From: an uncultured bacterium
GTDB taxonomy: Bacteria; Omnitrophota; Omnitrophia; Omnitrophales; Aquincolibacteriaceae
DNA: 64,000 nucleotides
Assembly: GCA_964606385.1 (NCBI GenBank)
Contig: CAZSFZ010000001.1
Coordinates: forward strand, 67,519 to 131,518
Direction of reading: 5' to 3'
Position 1 is the stretch's first letter. Each line of letters starts with the position of its first letter. A model generated the notes under the pieces. The model ran no database searches, had not been told where the DNA came from, and saw only the letters and a program-made list of their open reading frames with translations. This document shows positions 56,871 to 64,000 of the stretch, in pieces. Position numbers and translations under genes: made by a program.

Positions 56871-58838
56871 TCACTTGCCAGGAGTCAGACCGAAGATAAA
56901 ACCCGATTTGACCTTGGCGATCAACTCGGGAAGCACTTCCTGGTAGTCACGGACAATACCGAAATCCGCATGGCGGAAGATCGCGGCCTGGGGATCCTGG
57001 TTGATGGCAATGATCGTGCCGGATTCTTTCATCCCCGCGAGATGCTGGATGGCTCCGGAAATGGAAACGGCGATGTAGATCTTCGGCCGGACCGTCTTCC
57101 CCGTCTGACCGACCTGGCGCGCGTAAGGAGCGTAGCCGTTATCGACCGCGTGACGGCTCGCGCCCCAATCGGCATTGATCCCCTGCTCCTGAAGCGCCTG
57201 CACAAGTTCCTTGATCAACTTGAAGTCGTCAAGGTCGCCCGCCGGTCGCCCGCCTGAAACAATGATATCCGCCACAAAAAGATTGTCCCCGCCACCCGCC
57301 TCGCGTTTGACTTCGAGCACTTCTACCGCGAAGTCGCTCTCCCTGAAGGTCGGAGTAAATTCACGGACCGTCCCCTTCCGGTTCGGGTCTTTCGGTAATA
57401 TTTTAAACGTCCCGGCACGGGCGGTCGCCATTTGCGGGCACCAGAACCCGATGATCGTCGCGAGCTTGCTTTCGCCGTAAGTCGGGCGGATAGAAAGAAG
57501 ACAAGGATGCATGACCGCTTTTTTGATGCGGTGCACATATTCCCCAACCTCGAGGCTGGTACAATCCGCGGTGACGCCCGCTTTCACGCGGCTTGCAATC
57601 CTCGGAGCGAGTTCGCGGCCGGAGGTCGTCGCCCCGAAAAGCGCGATCTCGGGACGCTTGTGTTCGATCCACTGCGCGATCACCGCCGCAACCGGCAGGA
57701 TCCTGTATTCCTTGAGACGGGGATCATCCACCAGGACCACCTCATCGGCCCCATAGGCGATGATCTCGGGGGCTACTTCCTTAATGTTGTGTCCCGTCAC
57801 CACCGCGGTCACCTGGGTCCCAAGCTGATCGGCGAGCTTCCGGGCGGGATTCAGGATCTCAAGTGAGGAGCGCGACGGCGTTTGGCCGTGCATTTCGATC
57901 CAGGTCAGAATCCCCCGGGCGCCGTTACGGAAATCCACCCTTGGAAAATCGACGTCGGCCTTAGCTTTTTCGCTTGCTGTGTTCTTTTCACCACCGGCCT
58001 CTGTATGCGCCCCGTGTCCCCCGCTGATCTTGTCTTTGATCTTTTCGATCTCGGTAACAAGAGCTTCCGCGAGATCTTTGGGTTCATGGCCCGTGATCAT
58101 ATTGACCGGAGGCCTGTCCTTCACAATATCCACAACCTTCGACACAAGCGTCGGGGAGCCGTTCAGCCCGACCACGCTGGCATCCGCTCCGGTTTGATCG
58201 AGCGACCAGACCTCGATCTTGGAATTTTTCGCGCGGATGGCCCCCTTCAGGGAAGGCCGGCGCGCCGGGGTCGCGGTGGGAGCGATGGAAATAAGACAAG
58301 GCACAGGAACCTTCAGGACCTGAAAACCGCCTTCAATGATGCGACGGACTTTCAGGTGATCCCCCTTGAATTCCACTTTTTCCACGAAGGTCGCCTGAGG
58401 GATCCCGAGATTCTCGGCCGTCTGCGACGGGACATGGGCCGTGTCCCCGTCCGTCGTCTGCCGTCCGGAGAAAATAATGAAGGGATCCTTGCTGTCTTTG
58501 GAAAATCCAAGTTTCTTTAACAGTGAAGCGATCGCGTAACCGGTGGCAAAAGTATCCGACCCGCCGAGCTTCCGGTCCGAAAGAAGGACGGCCCGGTCAT
58601 AGCCCATCGCCAGGGCTTTTTTGAGCGATTGCTCAAAACTCGGGGGGCCCATCGAAACCACGATGAGTTCCGCGTCCGGCACACTCTTGCGGATCTGAAG
58701 CCCCTGCTCCAGGCCGAACGTGCAATCCGCGTTGATCGAGGATTTCGCTTTGGTCCGGTCCATCAGGCCGTCCGCGCCCATCCGCATCTCGGTCGGGAGC
58801 GGCACTTGTTTCATGATCGTGATGACTTTAAGTCCCAT
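56871..58838 (-). CDS. fused electron transfer flavoprotein beta-alpha (EtfB-EtfA single polypeptide)
   Basis: N-terminal ~260 aa EtfB-like ([13 protein letters not shown]...); C-terminal ~330 aa EtfA-like (FAD-binding PSRS...GISGAIQH); linker Lys/Glu-rich. Confidence 0.8.
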   Translation of the reverse strand: MGLKVITIMKQVPLPTEMRMGADGLMDRTKAKSSINADCTFGLEQGLQIRKSVPDAELIVVSMGPPSFEQSLKKALAMGYDRAVLLSDRKLGGSDTFATGYAIASLLKKLGFSKDSKDPFIIFSGRQTTDGDTAHVPSQTAENLGIPQATFVEKVEFKGDHLKVRRIIEGGFQVLKVPVPCLISIAPTATPARRPSLKGAIRAKNSKIEVWSLDQTGADASVVGLNGSPTLVSKVVDIVKDRPPVNMITGHEPKDLAEALVTEIEKIKDKISGGHGAHTEAGGEKNTASEKAKADVDFPRVDFRNGARGILTWIEMHGQTPSRSSLEILNPARKLADQLGTQVTAVVTGHNIKEVAPEIIAYGADEVVLVDDPRLKEYRILPVAAVIAQWIEHKRPEIALFGATTSGRELAPRIASRVKAGVTADCTSLEVGEYVHRIKKAVMHPCLLSIRPTYGESKLATIIGFWCPQMATARAGTFKILPKDPNRKGTVREFTPTFRESDFAVEVLEVKREAGGGDNLFVADIIVSGGRPAGDLDDFKLIKELVQALQEQGINADWGASRHAVDNGYAPYARQVGQTGKTVRPKIYIAVSISGAIQHLAGMKESGTIIAINQDPQAAIFRHADFGIVRDYQEVLPELIAKVKSGFIFGLTPGK

Positions 58839-58848
58839 ATGATCCTTT

Positions 58849-58910
58849 GGGCCACTCATTTCGGGCCACGTTCCACGAATTTGCTTTTACTTTTTCGTGG
58901 CCCGTGGACC
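58849..58910. repeat. CCACG/CGTGG composite palindromic (REP-like) element, copy d
   Basis: gggccactcatttcgggccacgttccacg aatttgcttttactttt tcgtggcccgtggacc. Confidence 0.7.
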
Positions 58911-58929
58911 TGAGAACGTGTCCCGGTTT

Positions 58930-60594
58930 TTATAAATTCTCATATTCCGGTCCGTCGCCGCCATAGGGCACGGCCCATTCAATATTACCGAACGGATCCT
59001 TGATATCACAGGTCTTGCAATGCACGCAATTGGCCGGGTGCAGGTGCAGGTCCTTTTTACCCGTCTTCGGGTCCGTGACGATCTCGTAGACTTCCGCGGG
59101 ACAGAAATGCTGGCACGGCCCCCCATATTTCGGGATACAGACATCACGGCAAAGCTTGATATCGAGCACCCTCAAATGGCACGGCTGCTCCTCGTCATGT
59201 TTCGATCCGGAGAAGTAAACATCGGTGACTTTGTCGAACGTCAGCTGTTTATCAAACATGAGTTCTTTGGCGAATTTCTTGCAGAACGTGCGTTTCACGT
59301 CCGAAAGCTTTGTATAGCAAGCGGCATCCTCGTGGGTCTTCATCTTTCCTGACGGCGTGATGCCGCGGCCGCCCGTCAGGATCTGGGTCGCGAAATAAAA
59401 CGCGCCCAGGATCATGCCATGACCGAATCCCGCTCTGAAATTACGGGTTTTGGAAAGTGTCTTAAAACCGGCGCTTTTCCTGAAGAGCTCTTCATAAAGA
59501 CCGAGCTGTTTCGCCGAAAAATCGTTCTTCTTCAAGGCTTCGAAAGCCGATTGAGCGGCCAGCATCCCCGATTCGATGGCAAGATGCACGCCTTTAAGGC
59601 TCGGCATGCTCAAGAACCCTGCCGAATCTCCCACGATCATCACGCCGTCATGGTAAAGCCTGGGGAGCGAGTAAAGGCCCCCCTCGGGGATCGTCTTGGC
59701 CCCATAACGGATCAGCTTGCCCTTCTCGAGGATCTTCGCGATCAAAGGATGCTTCTTGTAGACTTGAAGCGCCGCGTGGGGATCGAACATCGGATCTTTA
59801 TAATCCAGCCCGGCCGCGATCCCGACCACGACCTGGCGCCCGTTCAAACCGTAGACGAACCCCCCGCCAAAGTGATTGAACTCGAAAGGAAATCCAAGCG
59901 TGTGCATGATCCTTCCGGCCTCGAACGCCCCCTCCGGAAGGTCCCAGAGCTCTTTAACGCCCGTGGAATAGACCTGGGGATTGCTTTGAGCCTCCAGCTC
60001 CAGCTTGCGGCAAAGCTGCTTGGTCAGACTGCCGCGCGGTCCCTCCGCGAGGATCGTGATCTTGGCCCGGATCTCATTACCCGGCTGGAAATTATCCATC
60101 GGATGTCCGTGCTTATCCACGCCGGTGTCGATCGTTCTCGCCCCGGTCACGCGGCCATTCTCATAAAGCATTTCGGAAACGCTGAATCCCGGATAGACCT
60201 GCACGCCCTTTTTCTCCGCGATCTCGGAAAGCCAGCGCGTCATTTTCCCGAGCGACACCACGTAGTTCCCGTGATTTCCCATAAAAGGCGGCGCAAAGGG
60301 GGCCTTGAGAGCATGTCGGGAGGTCAGGAAATAAACACCTTCTTTTTTGACGGGAGATTCGAACGGAAAATCTTTGGGATCGACCTGCGGGAGAAGTGTT
60401 TTAAGCGTGGAGGGATCGATCACCGCGCCGGAAAGGGTGTGGCTCCCGATCGAGCTCCCTTTCTCAAGCACCAGGATCCCGGGCTTCTTGTCAGAACCGG
60501 CGGTCAGGTCCGCCAGATGGATCGCGGCCGCGAGGCCCGCGACGCCGCCGCCCACGATCAGAATGTCTGTTTCAACCACTTCGGATTTCGACAT
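58930..60594 (-). CDS. electron-transferring-flavoprotein dehydrogenase (ETF:quinone oxidoreductase)
   Basis: FAD motif ILIVGGGVAGLAAA; C-terminal 4Fe-4S ferredoxin-like CxxCxxC (CVHCKTCDIKDP). Confidence 0.85.
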   Translation of the reverse strand: MSKSEVVETDILIVGGGVAGLAAAIHLADLTAGSDKKPGILVLEKGSSIGSHTLSGAVIDPSTLKTLLPQVDPKDFPFESPVKKEGVYFLTSRHALKAPFAPPFMGNHGNYVVSLGKMTRWLSEIAEKKGVQVYPGFSVSEMLYENGRVTGARTIDTGVDKHGHPMDNFQPGNEIRAKITILAEGPRGSLTKQLCRKLELEAQSNPQVYSTGVKELWDLPEGAFEAGRIMHTLGFPFEFNHFGGGFVYGLNGRQVVVGIAAGLDYKDPMFDPHAALQVYKKHPLIAKILEKGKLIRYGAKTIPEGGLYSLPRLYHDGVMIVGDSAGFLSMPSLKGVHLAIESGMLAAQSAFEALKKNDFSAKQLGLYEELFRKSAGFKTLSKTRNFRAGFGHGMILGAFYFATQILTGGRGITPSGKMKTHEDAACYTKLSDVKRTFCKKFAKELMFDKQLTFDKVTDVYFSGSKHDEEQPCHLRVLDIKLCRDVCIPKYGGPCQHFCPAEVYEIVTDPKTGKKDLHLHPANCVHCKTCDIKDPFGNIEWAVPYGGDGPEYENL

Positions 60595-60702
60595 CGAGGC
60601 ATAAACTCTAGGGTGAAGGAATTTCAAAAATGAGGCGGTATTTTAACACAAACTTTTCTGTAAACGGGAGAAAAATACTTTGAAGCAGCATACGTAAAAC
60701 TT

Positions 60703-61398
60703 TCAAAAAACAATCTTGACGCAGGTCCCGAGAATATTGAGCGCCGTCCATTTCGCGGCGGCATTCTTGGATGAATGCCGGAGGTAGTAGATCGTTCCAT
60801 AGACCGGTCCCCACCAATGCATTTTAAATCCCGAAAAAAAACGGTCCTCCACAAGGCCGTTTCCCTGGGTTACAAAAAAAATCTCATTGGAGGTATAGGG
60901 CTGGAACTCAAACCGTGTCCATTTCCAGGGGGCCGTCAGCGTGGTCAGATTACGGTACCGTACGGTGAAACGCGCATCCTGGCGGATCCGGAACTCAAGC
61001 ATGTTCCGGTTCTCGAGAAGAAACCCCTTATAGGGAAGTTGCGGCGTCAGGTAGATGCGCGGCACATTGTCCCAATACCAGTTCTCATCTTTTTTCTTAT
61101 TGGTGCGTTCCGTCCGGATCAGCTGGTATTCCGCGCCGGCCGCAAGGTATTGATTGGCTTTATAGTCAACGCCCAGGTGCGTCTCGGCGTAGTAAAGCCC
61201 GTTCGCCTCACGGTAACGCAGTTCTTCCCCTACCTTCATTTTCCATTTAGGGTTGATCTTTTTTTCGATGTCATAACCATTCCAGACACCGAAATCGCCG
61301 TTCTCAACGGGAGAAGCACAAACTTTCGAGGAGAAAATGACGGCGGTTAAGAGAAAAAAAACGATCCCTAACCCGTATTTTTTGAGATTCCGGATCAT
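60703..61398 (-). CDS. DUF2490-like secreted / outer-membrane protein
   Basis: Signal peptide; Trp/Tyr-rich beta-strand pattern; 231 aa. Confidence 0.55.
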   Translation of the reverse strand: MIRNLKKYGLGIVFFLLTAVIFSSKVCASPVENGDFGVWNGYDIEKKINPKWKMKVGEELRYREANGLYYAETHLGVDYKANQYLAAGAEYQLIRTERTNKKKDENWYWDNVPRIYLTPQLPYKGFLLENRNMLEFRIRQDARFTVRYRNLTTLTAPWKWTRFEFQPYTSNEIFFVTQGNGLVEDRFFSGFKMHWWGPVYGTIYYLRHSSKNAAAKWTALNILGTCVKIVF

Positions 61399-61451
61399 TT
61401 CAGACTCCTCCTGCTCGAGGATCGTTCTTTATCAGATCGAAGCGGCCCCGG

Positions 61452-62486
61452 CTAGCCCTTGGCCAGAAGCTCGTTCACTTTGGCCATCACGGCGAAAGCG
61501 TCCGCCACATAAAGAACGTCGGCTTTCCCCTGGGCCCAGCCGCAATTCGCGTCGATATTGACCGCGCGGCGTTCGTTGATAAAACGCCAGCCCACCACAT
61601 GCGGCTCTTCCCCGTGGCAACAGGTGGAAAGACCTTTAGGATGTCTCGGTGTGGAACCTGTTTGTCCGACCTGGTTCAAGTGGCTCATAAAAGAGAGTAC
61701 GGCTTCACCCTCCGATCCCTGATCCACGAGCGATTTACTGCTCCCGAGGGATGCCTTGGCGTGTTTCAAGAAATCGAGGATATGTTTTTCCGCTTCTTTG
61801 GCGTGGATCTGCCCGTCCGCCTGTTTCTTGGTCCAGCCGGCGCCCGCCACAAGCAACACCTGAGCATCAGGACGGATCGTCTGGGCATCGGCCGATGGCG
61901 CTTCCACACCCGTGACCTTGGTGCGCTTTTCTTGGTCCGTCAAAGTGACCGCGACCGCTTCCACTTTCGCGGAACCTTTCGCCCCCTGCCACGGCTGGAA
62001 CACGCCGGAGTCCACCGCAAGGATCCAGGGACGCGCCGCACGGGTAAGAGTTGCCATCATGCGCTGACGGTAATACCAGCGCTGAACCTGCAAGACTCCG
62101 TCCGTGATCTGAATACCGCTTACATGCGTATCAATCGTAGCTTTCAGGCGGAACGCCACACCGGGGAGTGCCCGGGCGAAACGCGAGGTCGCCGGGGCGA
62201 CCAGGATCGTCGCTCCAGAGGCCGTTCCGATCGCTTCCGCGGCTTTGACGTCCGTGGCGTAACGCGAAACCCCGAAATCCGCTCCGTTCACGCCAAGGAT
62301 CTTCGCGACACCGCAAGAGGCAATCACATCCGCGGCAGTTTGGACGTTTTCGCCGATGAGCCCCACGGCAAGCGTGGAGCCCGCGAGGCCCTTTTGGATC
62401 TCAAGAGCCGCGCTCAGCGTTTCAAGCGCGATCTTCGGAAGGTTGCCGGTAGAATCCGTATGAGCTAAAAAGAGTATTTTTTCCAT
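61452..62486 (-). CDS. etfA: electron transfer flavoprotein alpha subunit
   Basis: Full-length EtfA/FixB similarity. Confidence 0.85.
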   Translation of the reverse strand: MEKILFLAHTDSTGNLPKIALETLSAALEIQKGLAGSTLAVGLIGENVQTAADVIASCGVAKILGVNGADFGVSRYATDVKAAEAIGTASGATILVAPATSRFARALPGVAFRLKATIDTHVSGIQITDGVLQVQRWYYRQRMMATLTRAARPWILAVDSGVFQPWQGAKGSAKVEAVAVTLTDQEKRTKVTGVEAPSADAQTIRPDAQVLLVAGAGWTKKQADGQIHAKEAEKHILDFLKHAKASLGSSKSLVDQGSEGEAVLSFMSHLNQVGQTGSTPRHPKGLSTCCHGEEPHVVGWRFINERRAVNIDANCGWAQGKADVLYVADAFAVMAKVNELLAKG

Positions 62487-62489
62487 GGG

Positions 62490-63299
62490 TTAGCCCTTTA
62501 TCCAGGTTACGATTTCTTTGGCGATCTCCTCGACCGGCGTATCCTTCACGATCCGGGTCTGGCGCTGCTGTTTCGGCAATTCCACGGAAGCGAATTTGAT
62601 CGCGTCCGTCTTGAGCACCGCAGGGGCCGCTTTCTGTAAAGCAGGCATGATCGTACGCATGTTCGTCATCCCGACCTGGGGATTGTTCGGCGGTTCCGGG
62701 AGATTCCCGGTCGCCCATCCGATCACGGCCGGCGCTCCGGCGCAGGTGGAAACCTGATATTGCCCGCCTTCGATACGCTCAAGGATCCTGAACGATCCGT
62801 CGGGCTGGACTTTAAGTTCATCCGCCGCGAGAAAAACGTCGCTCACCCCGAGCTGTTCGGCGATCATCTGCATCGTGGTCCCCGCATCGCGGGAAGCCGA
62901 CGCGCAGCCGCCGAAAACAAGGAGTTTTGTTTTATCGAGCCCGGGGATCTTTTCGATCGCTCCGGCGAGCGCCGTCGCGACCTCGCGGGAATCCATGAAA
63001 CCGCTCGCGGAACCGTCCAGGCACACAAGTTCGAACGGCACCTTCTGCGCGATGATCATCATCAGCTGCTGGAGCTTGGCTTTGGGACCCAGGCTCACCA
63101 GGGCCACCTTACTCCCCGGATTCTGCTTCGCGAGGTTGGCCGCCTCGAAGAGCGAGTGGCCGGCCCACGGATCGAGCACCGAAGGCAGCATCATTTCATT
63201 TTTAAGAGCGGGCCCGGTCGGTCCCTGCATCGGCTCCAAGGTTTGGAGCGGATCCGGCACCAAGCTCCCGCAAACAACGATATGATAAGCAGTGGTCAT
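62490..63299 (-). CDS. etfB: electron transfer flavoprotein beta subunit
   Basis: Full-length EtfB/FixA similarity (MTTAYHIVVCGSLVPDP...). Confidence 0.85.
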   Translation of the reverse strand: MTTAYHIVVCGSLVPDPLQTLEPMQGPTGPALKNEMMLPSVLDPWAGHSLFEAANLAKQNPGSKVALVSLGPKAKLQQLMMIIAQKVPFELVCLDGSASGFMDSREVATALAGAIEKIPGLDKTKLLVFGGCASASRDAGTTMQMIAEQLGVSDVFLAADELKVQPDGSFRILERIEGGQYQVSTCAGAPAVIGWATGNLPEPPNNPQVGMTNMRTIMPALQKAAPAVLKTDAIKFASVELPKQQRQTRIVKDTPVEEIAKEIVTWIKG

Positions 63300-63374
63300 A
63301 GTTCCTCCCTTATTGGTAAAAGAATCCTATAGAAGGCGGTCCCGATACAATTCAATTTCTGAAAAAATTGGGGC

Positions 63375-63415
63375 CGCCCAAATCACCTTTATAAAAAGGA
63401 ATAGAGATTTGGGCG
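63375..63415. promoter_or_regulatory. 10-bp perfect inverted repeat (CGCCCAAATC-N21-GATTTGGGCG) in the divergent etfB / response-regulator promoter region
   Basis: Read directly; AT-rich 21-nt spacer ttataaaaaggaataga. Confidence 0.5.
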
Positions 63416-63583
63416 CACATTATAATGAAGACGGCTGTTTTCGAACAGAAAAAAGACGTTGGCCTCCGGAACCCGGGAAGTCTTTTCCCCCATTGTCCCC
63501 GAAGGTCCGGCATGGTAATATTTGAGGGCTTTTCTAAACCTCGGCAGTAATCACCAACACAAAGATCCGTCATAAGGAGCATC

Positions 63584-63946
63584 GTGTCGAAGAAGATACT
63601 CGTCGCTGATGATGATATTTCATTGGTCGCGCTCATGGAAGCCGTTCTGGAGTTGCAGGGCTTTGGAGTCGTCACGGCCCATGATGGCCTTCAAGCTGTT
63701 TCCAAGGCGCTCCAGGAAAAACCGGATCTGATCCTCCTGGATGTCCAGATGCCGGGCCTGGAAGGGCACCAGGTCTTCGAGAAACTTCAGGAAGACCCGT
63801 GCGTGAATCATATTCCCGCGATCGTCATCTCGGGTCATCCTGACGTGGAAAGACTTTTTCCCCGGTCCAAACTGCTCACGTTCGTCGTGAAGCCTTTTAC
63901 GACCGAACACCTTCTGGGCGTCATTTCCCAAGTCATCCCGGCTTAA
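63584..63946 (+). CDS. single-domain response regulator (CheY-like receiver)
   Basis: GTG start with AAGGAG RBS; KKILVADDDISL...DLILLDVQMPGLEG...KPF. Confidence 0.8.
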   Translation: MSKKILVADDDISLVALMEAVLELQGFGVVTAHDGLQAVSKALQEKPDLILLDVQMPGLEGHQVFEKLQEDPCVNHIPAIVISGHPDVERLFPRSKLLTFVVKPFTTEHLLGVISQVIPA

Positions 63947-64000
63947 ACTTTCATAAAAAGAACATCCCGCGTCCGGGTCAGCCATCTGCCCGTTTATTTT

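Overview
This 64 kb chromosomal window comes from a GC-rich (roughly 58-60% by eye) bacterium. LptF/G, PilT, DsbD, PdxJ, HldD and a TpsB outer-membrane transporter indicate a Gram-negative (diderm) cell. The fused cobA/hemD, the PflX-like radical SAM gene and the ETF systems suggest an anaerobic or facultative lifestyle. About 78 CDSs are packed almost gap-free, mostly on the minus strand, and most are housekeeping genes. Recognisable blocks are: nrnA, a response regulator, a PEBP-family protein, efp, a CYTH protein and a DJ-1 protein; nnr-pdxJ-cdaA-cdaR (the c-di-AMP synthase operon); yebC-ruvCAB; tilS-ftsH-folP with a tRNA-Met; lptF/G; dsbD; and a ~15 kb sulfur-assimilation supercluster (Rrf2 regulator, metY, cysK, DUF2061, cysH, cysD, cysNC, siroheme sulfite reductase) with a complete tetrapyrrole trunk (hemA, a short hemC, cobA/hemD fusion, hemB, hemL) and metX-metW-queF embedded or adjacent. 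Further downstream are trmB/rlmD/folB, hldD, an AI-2E transporter, pilT, a histidine kinase, thiD/thrH/HIT, and two ETF systems (split etfBA, plus a fused EtfB-EtfA next to ETF-QO). No CRISPR array, integrase, transposase or obvious defence island was seen. The candidates for something undescribed are: (i) a radical-SAM / Cas4-like Fe-S nuclease / cupin / unknown 141-aa protein / DJ-1 string directly upstream of efp; (ii) an orphan DEDDy exonuclease; (iii) three families of composite palindromic intergenic repeats built from tandem heptamers; (iv) a cloverleaf-like structured element between cysH and cysD; (v) a HemC that lacks its cofactor-binding domain 3. Function calls rest on motif recognition in the translations. 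Coordinates of extended ORFs were trimmed to plausible starts and may be off by a few codons.
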